Translations under genes and position numbers: made by a program
Shown here: positions 48,240 through 61,058 of the stretch, piece after piece
How positions within the stretch are numbered: position 1 is the first letter of the stretch
Layout: each line of letters opens with the position of its first letter
Source of the DNA: Octopus sinensis
Lineage: Eukaryota
DNA: 64,000 nt
Direction of reading: 5' to 3'
Assembly (NCBI RefSeq): GCF_006345805.1
Contig: NC_043000.1
Span: forward strand, 4,216,001 to 4,280,000
Notes under the pieces: generated by a model
The model's input: only the letters and a program-made list of their open reading frames with translations
The model's database searches: none
What the model was told of the DNA's origin: nothing

Positions 48240-50281
48240 TTCAGAAAATTTGGTTTTGTTTGTTCTGGTAGAGTTTGTGAGAGTTGACAGCAATCTGCTG
48301 TCACAGGTCTGTCCGCACATCATAAATTTGATACATGGTTGTAAATTATTGTGGGAGACATTCAACATCCAAGTACCTATCTCAAAATTTTAACTGTTCT
48401 CAGCAGAGCAGCTTTTTAGGCTTACTCTGCTCTCATGTCAATTTCGATTCCTTTGACGTATATCTTGAACTTGGTTGTTAGTGCTCTGAGTATCCCTACA
48501 ACTACTGGAATGACAGACACTCTCCTCATAGTTCACATTCTTGCAATTTTGTCTTTTAGTTGTCTGTACTTTGCAATCTTTTCTAGTTCTTTGTCACTTA
48601 TGCATGCATCTCCAGGTATTGCAATATCTATGATCTTGGTTTCCTTTTTTCCTTTATCTACCACAACAATATCTGGTCTCCAAGCCTTGATTAGGGAGTC
48701 ATATTGGATTGTAAAATCCCACAGTATCTTATGTTCCTTGTTCTCGGAGACTCCTTCTGGTTCATGTTTGTACCATTTCTGTGCTCTGTTCAGGCCATAC
48801 TTTTCACATAGCCTTCAGTGGATAAGCTTACATTATAGTGCCTCCTTTTGTAGTACTTTAGGGCCAGCTTGCTACACTCACTCACAATATGTGAGATTGC
48901 TTCCTTTCTGTTGCCACACATCCTACAAAGGGGCGATTCACTACACTTATCTAGTTGGAACTTGGTGTAATTAGTTCTCAGATCTTGTTCCTGGCTGCTG
49001 CATATCAATGCTTCTGTGCATCCTTTCAGATCACTTATTCTTAGCTGTGCTGGTGGCACGTAAAAAGCACCATCTGAACATGGCCGATGCCAGCACCGCC
49101 TTGACTGGCTTCTGTGCCGGTGGCACATGACCTGCTGTGCTTGAGGAGACCTATTGAGTCAAGTACATCAACATCAAAATAAATATCAAATGGAAATTAT
49201 AGTTGTGATACCTGTGCCGGTGGCATGTAAAAAGCACCAGCCGAACGTGGCCAATGACAGCGCTGCCTTGACTGGCTTCTCTGCCGGTGGCACGTAAAAA
49301 GCATCAACCGATCGTGGCCGCTGCCAGTTTCCCCTGGCACCTGTGCTGGTGGCACGTAAAAAGCATCCACTACACTCATGGAGTGGTTGGTGTTAGGAAG
49401 GGCATCCAGCTGTAGAAACACTGCCAGATCGGACTGGAGCCTGGTGCAGCCTCCTGGCTTCCCAGATCCTGGTCGAACCGTCCAACCGGGGCTAGCATGG
49501 AAAACAGACGTTAAACGATGATGATGATCTCCAAGTGATGCTCTTGTCCTTTCCTTTGATTTCATTTTCTCGTTGTTTACTCTTTCTTCTTCATCTTGTT
49601 TCCTAAATGGTTTTAGGTGCATCACATATTCGGTACTCTTACTCTTTACTCTCTTTTACTTGTTTCAGTCATTTGACTGTGGCCATGCTGGAGCACCACC
49701 TTTAATCGAGCAACTCGACCCGGGACTTATTCTTTGTAAGCCCTGTACTTATTCTATCGGTCTCTTTTGCCGAAGTGCTAAGTGACGGGGACGTAAACAC
49801 ACCAGCATCGGTTGTCAAGCAATACTAGGAGGACAAACACAGATACACAAACACACACGCACATATATATATATATATATATACATATATACATATATAC
49901 GACGGGCTTCTTTCAGTTTCCGTCTACCAAATCCCCTCACAAGGCTTTGGTCGGCCCGAGGCTATATTAGAAGACACTTGCCCAAGGTGCCACGCAGTGG
50001 GACTGAACCCGGAACTATGTGGTTGGTAAGCAAGCTACTTACCACACAGCCAGTATTATATTGTTAATTCTAACAGCAGCAAGCAAAGGATTCACTTTGC
50101 TGTTTATCGAACCATTCCAGACTGTTCTTCCATTGACAACACAGATCTTGCATCCAATGAGACCTCTTCCACCACTGTTTCTAGGTACATAGAATTGTTA
50201 ATTGTCATCACTTTTCTGGTTTTCCTGTCCATTTCCTCAAGTGTGTTCTTTGTCTACCTAACAACACCTGTGCCGTTTTGC
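48240..50281 (-). mobile_element. Degenerate R4/Dong-clade LINE interrupted by an RTE tail (49044-49528) and SINE A (49633-50052)
   Basis: Minus-strand pieces MDRKTRKVMT, DLKGCTEALICSSQEQ, CRMC..SHIVSEC, RRHYNV, ILWDF, RPDIVVVD..IIDIAIP, VIPVVVG. ATT/AAT arrays on both sides. Confidence 0.85.
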
Positions 50282-50350
50282 ATTATTATTATTATTATTA
50301 TTATGATTGTTATTATTATTATTGTTGTTGTTGTTATTATTGTTATTGTT

Positions 50351-50388
<38 letters not shown>

Positions 50389-50508
50389 GTTATTATTATT
50401 ATTGTTGTTGTTGTTACTGTTGTTATTATTATTATTATTATCATCATTGTTGTTGTTGTTATTATTATTATTATTGTTGTTGTTGTTATTATTGTTATTG
50501 TTATAATA

Positions 50509-50552
<44 letters not shown>

Positions 50553-50839
50553 TATTATTATTATATTGTTATTATTATTGCTATTGTTGTTGTTGTTATT
50601 AATATTATTATTATGATTATTATTGTTATTGTTGTTATTGTTATTATTATTATTGTTATTGTTGTTGTTATTATTAATATTATAATTACAATTATAATTA
50701 TTATTATTATTATTATTATTGTTATTATTATTATTGTTGTTGTTGTTACTGTTGTTATTATATTATTATTATCATCATTGTTGTTGTTGTTATTATTATT
50801 ATTATTGTTGTTGTTGTTATTATTGTTATTGTTATAATA

Positions 50840-50883
<44 letters not shown>

Positions 50884-51347
50884 TATTATTATTATATTGT
50901 TATTATTATTGCTATTGTTGTTGTTGTTATTAATATTATTATTATGATTATTATTGTTATTGTTGTTATTGTTATTATTATTATTGTTATTGTTGTTGTT
51001 ATTATTAATATTATAATTACAATTATAATTATTATTATTATTATTATTGTTATTATTATTATTGTTGTTGTTGTTACTGTTGTTATTATTATTATTATTA
51101 TCATCATTGTTGTTGTTGTTATTATCATTATTATTGTTATTGTTGTTGTTGTTGTTATAATAATAATGATAATGATAATAATAAAATAATAATAATAATA
51201 ATAATTATTATTATTATTATTGTTATTATTATTATTGTTGTTGTTGTTACTGTTGTTATTATTATTATTATTATCATCATTGTTGTTGTTGTTATTATCA
51301 TTATTATTGTTATTGTTGTTGTTGTTGTTATAATAATAATAATAATA

Positions 51348-51378
<31 letters not shown>

Positions 51379-51513
51379 TATTATTATTATTATTGTTATT
51401 ATTATTGCTATTGTTGTTGTTGTTATTAATATTATTATTATGATTATTATTGTTATTGTTGTTATTGTTATTATTATTATTATTGTTGTTGTTGTTATTA
51501 TTGTTATTGTTGT

Positions 51514-51549
<36 letters not shown>

Positions 51550-51660
51550 TGTTATTATTATTATTGTTATTGTAATTATTATTATTATTGTTGTTGTTAT
51601 TGTTATCGTTATTGTTAATGTTGTTATTATTATTATTATTATTATTATCATTATTATTGT
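50282..51660. repeat. 1.4-kb compound (ATT/GTT/AAT)n array with a ~330-bp higher-order duplication
   Basis: Marker variants gttactgtt (~50413, 50746, 51074, 51247) and tgctattg (~50580, 50910, 51406). Confidence 0.9.
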
Positions 51661-51829
51661 GTTGGAGGAGCTTTGTGAAAAGTAAACATTCCACTAGTTA
51701 ATGATGATGTAGCAAATGTGATGGAAGATTTAATGAAGCTGATGCCCTTGTCACAGATGGTTGGGGAACCAATGGTGGCTCTGTTTTGTTACTAAGTAAT
51801 ATCTCTTATGGTTATGTACTGTCCCTTAT

Positions 51830-52320
51830 GGATGGAGGGAGAGGAAGGGAGAGGAGGAGGTGGAGGTGAGATGGGGAGGAGGCAAGGTGGAGAGGGGACA
51901 AAGTGAGCCAAATGTGATTTGGAAGGAGAGGGAGGGAGAGAAAGGAAAGAAGTGTAAGCAGAGGAGGAGATGAGGTGGATGAGCAGGGGAGGAGACAGAA
52001 GAGGAGAACAAAGGGTGGAGTGAATGGTGAAGGAAGAGGGAAGGGAGAGTAAGGGGAGAGCTGGATAGAGGATGGATAGGGGGATGGAGTGAGAGGGAGA
52101 GGGCAGAGGAGAAGAGAGAGAGAGAGGAAATAAGGAGTTGGGTGAAGAAGAGGAGGAAGAGGAGGAGAGGCACAGGGTGGTTGGAAGAGCAGAGGTCCCC
52201 TCCCCTACAGAGGAGATTAGGTAGACATATATGAGAGAGGGGAGGAGAGGGGGAGGGGAAAGTGAAAGACAAGGAAGAAAGACAAAAAGAAGGAAAGAAG
52301 GAAGATAATATTGTGATTCT
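51830..52320. repeat. G/A-rich low-complexity tract
   Basis: Directly visible. Confidence 0.8.
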
Positions 52321-52817
52321 TACTTCTTAAAGAAGTAAAGAAAGAAAATTGGAAAGTAAAGCAGAATTGATGATACGAAAAAATAAATAAATAAAAGACA
52401 AAAACGGTGAGAAATAAATAGTTGCTGGATTCTGTTTCAAAATATCCAAGCAGCTCCTTTTCATTCAATTACTTGGAGAAATTTCTTCCAATAAATCAGA
52501 AATTCCTGGGCAGAAGATAAGTTTTGGGATGAAATTAAAACGAAAATTCTCTCTTCAGAGATTAAGAGAAAGATAAAGTGATCGGAATTATTATATGAAG
52601 AATAAGTGGAACCAGGATTTCTGGCAGTTTTTTCTGATTCTTTCTATGGAAGAATTATGCTTTATCCTGTAGCTTACCAATGTTCATTGTTTTCTGGTGG
52701 TTCATTGCATCTTTTTTGTTTACATTTGAATTTTTGTTTGTTTTTTGTCTTAAAAACACACCTCGTCGATTCATTGACATATAAATGCAATAAAGGATAT
52801 TATATACGTCTCTGTTG

Positions 52818-53392
52818 TGGAGGTGCATGGCTTAGTGGTTAAGGTGCATGATTGTCAGATTGTGCTTTTGATTCCTGGACTGGGTAATGTGTTGCGATCT
52901 TGATCAAAACGCCTCATTTCATGTTGCTTCAATCTGCTCATCATCATCACCATCATCATCATCGTTTAGCATCCGCTTTCGATGCTAGCATGGGTTGGAC
53001 GGTGTAACTGGGGTCTGGGAAGCCAGAAGGCTGCACCAGGCCCAGTCTGATCTGGCAATGTTTCTACAGCTGGATGCCCTTCCTAACTCCTCCATGAGTG
53101 TAGTGGGTGCTTTTTACGTGCCACCTGCACAGGTGCCAGACAAGTCTGGCAAACGGCCACAGTCGGATGGTGCTTTTTACGTGCCACTGGCATGGAGGCC
53201 AGGCCAGGCTGGCAACGGCCACGATCGGATGGTGCTTTTTACGTGCCACCAGCACGGAAGCCAGTCAGGGCGGCACCGGCAGCGGCCATGTTTGGATGGT
53301 TCTCTTATGTGCCACCAGCACTGAATCACAGCGACAATTTCCATTCAACTGGTAAAAATGAGTAATCCTGCAACAGACTGATATCCCATCCT
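52818..53392 (+). mobile_element. CORE-like SINE interrupted by a minus-strand RTE tail (52938-53340)
   Basis: SINE head at 52818-52937 resumes at caactggtaaaaatgagtaatcc. Confidence 0.75.
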
Positions 53393-53429
53393 AGACATGG
53401 TCGAGGAAGTGTCCTCTCCAGTAGAGTGC

Positions 53430-53555
53430 ATGATGCGAGCTGGTGAAAGCCTTCAGGAAGCCAGTGCCCCAACAACTCTTATGATGACCAAGACCGAAAC
53501 CAGAATAGGGACCTGGAACATCCAAACCCTGTATGAGGTAGGAAAAGTGCACAAG
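53430..53555 (+). mobile_element. RTE-like LINE apurinic endonuclease N-terminal fragment
   Basis: TRIGTWNIQTLYEVGK matches the APE motif IGTWNVRTL. Confidence 0.75.
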
Positions 53556-53580
53556 TGTGTAGAGATATTCACATGGGCCA

Positions 53581-53611
<31 letters not shown>

Positions 53612-53618
<7 letters not shown>

Positions 53619-53935
53619 TTAATAAGGGTGAGAGAATTAGATACTAATTTAATAGTATATCTATTCAACACCAAGTGGCCCAGTGCTCCGAGAAACCTGG
53701 ATTATTATAATATTTTAGTGCTAGAGTGAGCCATATAGTGACCACTCTCTTATATTTATTTTATTTATATATATATATATATATATATAATTAATTAATA
53801 AGGGTGAGAGAATTAGATACTAATTTAATAGTATATCTATTCAACACCAAGTGGCCCAGTGCTCCGAGAAACCTGGATTATTATAATATTTTAGTGCTAG
53901 AGTGAGCCATATAGTGACCACTCTCTTATATTTAT

Positions 53936-53970
<35 letters not shown>
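53612..53970. repeat. Two identical ~155-bp units, each followed by (TA)n (period 176)
   Basis: 53612-53766 equals 53788-53942. Confidence 0.9.
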
Positions 53971-53971
<1 letters not shown>

Positions 53972-53974
<3 letters not shown>

Positions 53975-54495
53975 GTAAATGTAATATGTGGCAATTATTT
54001 GGTAGCCATGATAAAACTCCGAGTTCCAGATGCCGTGGTGGAAATCCACACTGCCATCTCTTCAGTTATCTGGCTATTGGAAAAATGCTATGAAAAATGA
54101 CCGTTATACAAAGGGAAATTACAGTGTGATTAACCATTATTAAGACAAAAGAGTTATTTGAATGACTGCTAAGAGAGGGGAGGAAGTGGAACTTTTACCC
54201 CCTTATTTTCACTCCTTCCCCTCACTTAGCAGTCCTTCAAATAGCTCTTTTGTCTTAATAACAGTCAATCACGCAGTAATTTCCCTTTGTATAATGGTCA
54301 TTTTTCATAGCATTTTTCCAATGGCCAGATAACTGAAGAGATGGCAGCATGGATTTCCACCCCAGCATCCGAAACTCGGAGTTTTATCATGGCTACCAAA
54401 TAATTGCCACATATTACATTTACAGACAAATTCCTCTATTTACATAATATTGAGGTCTCTTTCTTTCTTTTGTTGTCTTACCATTTTTATCAATA
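53972..54495. mobile_element. 455-bp near-perfect palindrome (arms ~220 bp) plus ~70-bp tail in (TA)n; PLE-like
   Basis: 53972-~54190 is the reverse complement of ~54207-54426; many mismatches are CA/TG (CpG-decay) type. Confidence 0.8.
54325..54392 (+). ncRNA. Type I hammerhead ribozyme with a canonical core (GUU site)
   Basis: CCAGATAA-CTGAAGA-gatg...catcc-GAAA-ctcggag-TT-TTATCATGG. The mirrored copy on the minus strand (54006-54073) has GAAA changed to GGAA. Confidence 0.72.
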
Positions 54496-55029
54496 TATAT
54501 ATATGTATATGTATACATGGGCTTCTTTCAGTTTCTGTCAGTCAAATTCACTCACAAGACTTTGAAAAGCCTGGAGTTATAGCAGAAGATATATAGTGAC
54601 ACAATTCTGGTAATGTTGAAGGTGATAAGAATTTTGCTATACAATCAATAGTTTTGTGATTAGTCCCATTTTGCCAAGTGTCTGCTAGAATCACTTCAGG
54701 CCAATCAATGCAACTAATGTCTTGAGAGGAAATTTAGCACACACACACATGCATATATATATGTATACACACACACTTATGGGAGTGTGTGTGTGTTGAT
54801 ACTTTGCTGTCACTTTCTAAACAAAGCTGTGCTGATGTTGAGAAACCTTGTTACATTATCATTAGCTGCTTTGCCATTTTGAAGACTTGCAGATTTTTAA
54901 AATACCTTGCTTGAAACACTGGCGGGTGTCAGAAACAGAGAAAGAATCCAGCTGTTACAAAATTCTCCTTCAAATAATTCCCAATCTCAAACATAATAAC
55001 TTGATAAAATTAATGAATATATATATATA

Positions 55030-55467
55030 TCATCATCATCATCATCATCATTTAGCGTCCGTTCTCCATGCTAGCATGGGTTGGACGGTTCAACTGGGGT
55101 CTGTGAAGCTGGAAGGCTTCATCAGGCCCAGTCAGATCTGGCAGTGTTTCTACGGCTGGATGCCCTTCCTAACGCCAACCACTCCGTGAGTGTAGTGGGT
55201 GTTTTTTACGTGCCACCCGCACAGGTGCCAGACAGAGCTGGCAAACGGCCACGAACGGATGGTGCTTTTACGTGTCACCGGCACGGGGCCAGGCGAGGCT
55301 GGCAACGGACACGAACGGATGGTGCTTTTACGTACCACCAACACGGGGGCCAGACAGAGCTGGCAAACGGCCACGAACGGATGGTGCTTTTACGTGTCAC
55401 CGGCACGGGGCCAGGCGAGGCTGGCAACGGACACGAACGGATGGTGCTTTTACATGCCACCGACATG
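55030..55467 (-). mobile_element. Young RTE-type 3' tail with alternating ~60-bp tandem units
   Basis: acgaacggatggtgctttta repeated four times. Confidence 0.85.
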
Positions 55468-55469
55468 AA

Positions 55470-56408
55470 ATTTTTTGCGTAATGAGATAAAAAACCAAGG
55501 CTGTGTAGGTATTAGAACATTTATAGATTGGTCTTACAGCTGTTTCCAGGATATTTATTAATTATATCCCTTCATCGGAGACGGTGTGAGAGGATGGTTA
55601 AGTAATAGTTAATTTAGATAGGATACAAAATAGAGAGTGAGGTGGAGGAAAGAAAATAGATGTGAGATATGCAAGGATATTGAATTTGTAGATCTATTTT
55701 TTAGGTAGAATGGTATATGTAAAATTCCAATACCTTATGAGAAAAATCCAACAGTATTTAAAATTGTTTAAAATTTAAAAGTATAGAGTTTATACACAAT
55801 GTAAGATTCTAATGCCTTATGAGTAAGATCCAACACTATTTAAAATTGGTCATTCCAAGTACAGAATTTATACAGTGTTGTAGAGTCAAAGGTTTTTATT
55901 TAAAGTGACCTAAAAATAGGGAGTATATTAGGAGGGTGAAATCAAAAACAGGAAGAGAGGAATAAAGAAAGAGTAAAAAGAGAAGAGAAAAAAGAGAAGG
56001 AAAAGAGAGAGAAGGAGAAGAAAGTAAGAAGAAAAGTAAAAAATAATAAAATAATAAAAAATAAAAAAAAACTTGAAGAGAGGAATAAAGGAAAGAAAGA
56101 AAAAAGAAAAAAGAAAAATGAAGAAATAGATAAGTTAGTGGTCAGTGGAGATAATTTGAAAGTAGGAGTGGGGAGATGAAGGGTGAAAGAGAGAGAAAGG
56201 TATTACAGTGTAAAAAGACAGAAGGAATGGGGGAGGGGGTAAAGGTAAAGGAGTGACAAATGTGTAGTGGTGGAGTCTAAGTGTTGGGGCAGAGAGAGGG
56301 GGTTAGTAGTATGAATGAAGAATTAAGGAATTTAAATGGTTTAGCAGTTCAGTGCTTAGTAATATAAGAAAATATATGTGTGAAGATGTATACATATGTA
56401 CATATCAG

Positions 56409-56453
<45 letters not shown>

Positions 56454-57015
56454 CATATGTTTATATATATCTCAATATTCACACATACAACTCTTACACA
56501 TACAATCCTTACTTGCATGCATATGCACACCTGTGCACTCACATATACATGCATCTGCATGTATCATCGCTTCTGTATACACAGGTATATATATCTTGCA
56601 TGCATACGTATATTTACACATATCCACATACATACATATATGCATACGCTCATTCATACATACACACTCACACATGGGTGGATGCACATACATACGAATA
56701 TAATTAGATAGTTGTATATGTGAGGAACTAGATAGGGATTAAGAGTTAGAATGTAGATTTATAAGGTTATTGGGATTACCTAAGGGTATTGGGGAAATGT
56801 ACTGTATGGTCGTTCTGGCATTTGGATTTGTGGTAGAATTTGAATGTGTGATAAAAGCGGTGGTTGCATGTGCTTAGTGGCGTTGGAGAGTTGTGCTTTA
56901 ATATGTGGAGTGCCTCCTTCAGGCAAGGTTTTCAGGTTGAGTGTTGACCTCAATAGGAAATCCTGAGTCCAGTATGAACCATGATAGAGTATAGGGTATA
57001 TTTGTATTTTTGAGA
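55470..57015 (-). mobile_element. Probable degenerate Penelope-like element 3' region
   Basis: Minus frame PCLKEALHILKHNSP..STCNHRFYHTFK (~56860-56935) resembles the CxLCxxE...CxH tail after PLE GIY-YIG domains; the hammerhead lies downstream on the same strand. Confidence 0.5.
55531..55582 (-). ncRNA. Minimal type I hammerhead ribozyme (U4C variant, GUA site)
   Basis: Minus strand: GTCT-CCGATGA-agggatat(loop)atatcctg-GAAA-CAGCTG-TA-AGAC. Confidence 0.72.
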
Positions 57016-57024
57016 TGATGTATG

Positions 57025-57482
57025 TGGTTGGTGGGTGGGCCTCACAGGGGCGATGACAAAAGACTGAGATCTCTGGAGGTATGCAGTGACTAAGAAGACC
57101 CAGCAAATAAAGTGAGTCCACAGCTGTAACCTACACCAGTGTCACATAACCAGCCCACTCAAAAGTACCTTGGATCTTAGGGTGATATGCCATGCTTGAG
57201 GAGACCTATTGAGTCAAGTACATCAACATCAGCAATATCAAAATCAAATCAAATCGAAATTGTAGTTGTGAGCCCCTTGCCGGTAGCACATAAAAAGCAC
57301 CATCTGAAAGTTGTCGGATGCCAGTGCTGCTTTGACTGGCTTCTGTGCTGGTGGAACATAAAAAGCACCATCCGATCGTGGTCGATGCCAGCTCCTCTGG
57401 CCCCTGTGCCTGTGGCACATAAAAAGCACCCACTACACTCTTGGAGTGGTTGACATTAGGAAAGGCATCCAGCTGTAGAAAC
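57025..57482 (+). mobile_element. RTE-type LINE 3' UTR fragment
   Basis: gggcctcacagg..gatgac, aaaagcacc units, aggaaaggcatccagctgtagaaac. Confidence 0.8.
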
Positions 57483-57494
57483 AAGTATATATAT

Positions 57495-57886
57495 ACTCTT
57501 TTACCTGTTTCAGTCATTTGACTGTGGCCATGCTGGAGCACCACCTTTAGTCAAGCAAATTAACCCTAGGACTTATTCTTTGTAAGCCTAGTACTTATTC
57601 TATCAGTCTCTTTTGCTGAACTGTTAAGTTACGGGGATGTAAACACACCAGCATCAGTTGTGAAGCGATGCTGAGGGGACAAACACAGACACACAAACAT
57701 ATACACACACATATATATATACAACGGGCTTCTTTCAATTTCCATCTACCAAATCCACTCGCAAGGCTTCGGTCGGTCCGAGGTTATAGTAGAAGGCACT
57801 TGCCCAAGGTGCCACGCAGTGGGACTGAACCCGGAGCCATGTGGTTGGTAACCAAGCTACTTACCACACAACCACTCCTACGCCTA
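57495..57886 (-). mobile_element. SINE family A
   Basis: Full length. Confidence 0.88.
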
Positions 57887-58435
57887 TATATAACTACACA
57901 TACACACACATTATATATATATATATAATGTACATTTACTATTGATTCTCTTCCTCTGTACCAATATACATCTTGTCCTTCATTGTACAGCCATTCCGTC
58001 TCGTACAAGCTACTTGCATCTCTATTCATTCATTCAGTTCAGTGCATTATCAAGACTGACATCAAATGACCCCTTATAATCTAGCTACCGTTTTAGGCCA
58101 CTGTATCACCCCCCCACACACACACTAAATATAGTCCAGTATACACTACCAATAGGTGCATTTAGATATAAATAATTCTTTTAGATATACACACACACAT
58201 ACACACATACATACATGCACACACATACACACGAACACACATTTATATTTATATGTATTTATGTATGTATGCCAATGTATAGGGAATGAGGTGACAGAGG
58301 AGAAGACAGAGATAGATTCACAGCATATATACAACTATGAATCTATCTGTACCCCCTTAATATGTATATATGTGGGTATATATATATGTGCATGTGTTTG
58401 CATGTGTAGCATCTAAACACTAAATATACAATGAA

Positions 58436-58439
<4 letters not shown>

Positions 58440-58530
<91 letters not shown>

Positions 58531-58539
58531 CATCCATCC

Positions 58540-58599
<60 letters not shown>

Positions 58600-58620
58600 G
58601 TCTGTCTGTATGTCTGTCTG

Positions 58621-58685
<65 letters not shown>
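58440..58685. repeat. (TCTA)n/(TCTG)n microsatellite
   Basis: Directly visible. Confidence 0.9.
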
Positions 58686-58687
58686 AT

Positions 58688-58885
58688 AAAGTTAAACCAA
58701 ACAAGAAAGCACAAAAAACACCACAACGCAAGGACGTGGAACAAATATAGTATTATTGGACGCTCAGGAAAGAAGGAAAGAAGGAGGGTTTAACGTTTCA
58801 AGCGGAGCTCTTCGTCTGAAACATAGGAGAAGGAAAGATCCAGAGAAGGGAAGACAGAGAAAAAAAATCGCCAATGGTACACACG
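58688..58885 (-). mobile_element. Second copy of the short hammerhead-bearing repeat (motif at 58788-58822, core CAGACGA)
   Basis: Aligns with 35542-35736. Confidence 0.65.
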
Positions 58886-58886
58886 A

Positions 58887-58904
<18 letters not shown>

Positions 58905-58917
<13 letters not shown>

Positions 58918-59218
58918 TAAAGGTAGAAATCAATATTTATCAATTAAAACAAGTGGTCTAGCATATTAAAAAAAAGAATCCAAAGATTATATATTTATAT
59001 ATACCAATTAAGGACTGAACACGAAAAGTGGACAGTCAAAATGCTAGATATAGACGTCAAATCGCCATTCTCCACAAAAGATTATGTTCTCAAATCAAAC
59101 TCAACACAAACCCAAGCAATAAACAAGTGAAAATATACGAAATACAGGAAAATGGTGATTTGACGTCTATATCTAGCATGTTGACTGTCCACTTTTCGTG
59201 TTCAGTCCTTAATTGGTA
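58905..59218. mobile_element. Fold-back element (tail 58905-59000; arms 59002-59071 and 59148-59218) in (TA)n
   Basis: Arms are reverse-complementary; homologous to 59-637. Confidence 0.75.
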
Positions 59219-59219
59219 C

Positions 59220-59268
<49 letters not shown>

Positions 59269-59298
59269 TGTATGTATGTATGTGTGTGTGTGTACATG

Positions 59299-59349
<51 letters not shown>

Positions 59350-59359
59350 ACATACATAC

Positions 59360-59398
<39 letters not shown>

Positions 59399-59862
59399 TA
59401 TACATACATATGTATGTATGTACGTACACACACACTCACTCTTATATCCAATCATTGTGTCATTGTGTTCTGGAAGCAGAACTGTGATATACATTAATTA
59501 TATCCAAACATTGATTATTACAGAAAATACTCCGCAACTATTATATTATATTCCTTATGTATCTTTGGATATCACACGGCAATTGCAATTACTTTGAAGC
59601 ACTTCCAAAATGATGGCTTTGGCTGAACTACATGAAATTGTAGGAAACTTTTCCAGTGGCTTGTCCTTTGAAATATTCCCTGTTCTAAGGATTTGGTATA
59701 AAATGGAATTATATCATATCTATTCAAATACTCTGAGAATACCATTGTTGCAGCACATATTATGTATTGCGTTTCCTTCCTGGCATATCATATGTTCCTT
59801 AGAAATATTTGGGAAATAGCATAACTAAGAAAGAGAAATATAGTCTTTGCTATTTATCTACA

Positions 59863-59918
<56 letters not shown>

Positions 59919-60319
59919 AAACAAAACACTACACTTAAACACAAGCATCCTAATCCTCCAAAGAAGTTTTCCCAAGGACTAATATTGAACTCTAAAAGCA
60001 TAAAGACACTACAATGTACTGGTATACATATTTATTAATTTTTGTATATATGTATTATTATTTTTTTGAAAAAACATTGTAAATTTTTGAAAAAAACATT
60101 TTTGTAAAAATATTGTAAATTTCTTTTTCCCCTTCCTCAATTCAAAAAAAAATTTTTTTCCCCTTCCAAATCTTGAAAATTTGCCTTGCAATGAAAGCTG
60201 GTTAGATTTCTTTTTTAATTTTTCATACACCCATTTTTATTAAAATTTACTTTCAATTTAGCATTGGACTACTACTGCTACTTATTTAAACATCCATTTT
60301 CCATATATAAAATACAGAA

Positions 60320-60434
60320 TGGTGGACAAGAAATCGACCACGTGGTGGACAAGAAGTCGACCGTGTGGTGGACAGGAAATTGACTACCTGATAGACAGGA
60401 ATTCAACCATGTGGTAGACAGGAATTCGACCGCA
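60320..60434. repeat. Five copies of a 23-bp minisatellite
   Basis: tggtggacaagaaatcgaccacg and variants, head to tail. Confidence 0.85.
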
Positions 60435-60548
60435 TGGTATATATATAAGCCATACCAAGGCAGACATTGAGTATGATACAGTACTAAGGCCCTTCAGATA
60501 AGGTCAAACCATCCAACTCATGCCAGCATGGAAAATGGATGTTTAAAT

Positions 60549-60583
<35 letters not shown>

Positions 60584-61058
60584 AGAGTGGCGGTGGTGGT
60601 GGCAGTAGTAATAGTAGTAGCAGCAGCAGCAAGACAAGGAGGAGGGGAGCAGGGAAAGAAGAAGATGAGAGAGGAGGGCGGGGAGGAGGAGGCTGATGAT
60701 CATGATCATGATAACCACAATGTAATGTTAGGTAATAATTGCTGAGAGAATTAAATGTCTCTTTGGAGGATCTCTGCTGTCAAACAGAATAAATATGCAT
60801 AATTTTATGTCCATTTTTACACATCAGCAAACCAATAAATATCAGTCACTGCATTATTTCTTCTGCAGAATTTATTTGTCTCATTATCTTCGGATAAATT
60901 TACTGAATAACCTATTTTTAGTTGGTTTGATTAGTCTCAAGAGATATTCAAGTTGATTTGTGCTTTTGTACTTTAATCGATCCTGTTTTATCATTTACAG
61001 GACAATTCAGTTCGTCTTGGAAATTGTGTTTACGCATCTGTGAGGTTTTCATTCATAT

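Noticed and set aside
60320-60434. CRISPR-like array
   Set aside because: The units are contiguous with no spacers, there are no cas genes, and the context is eukaryotic.
61001-61039. 39-nt coding micro-exon (DNSVRLGNCVYAS)
   Set aside because: Good acceptor but only a moderate donor, with no partner exons or homology; unsupported without RNA data.
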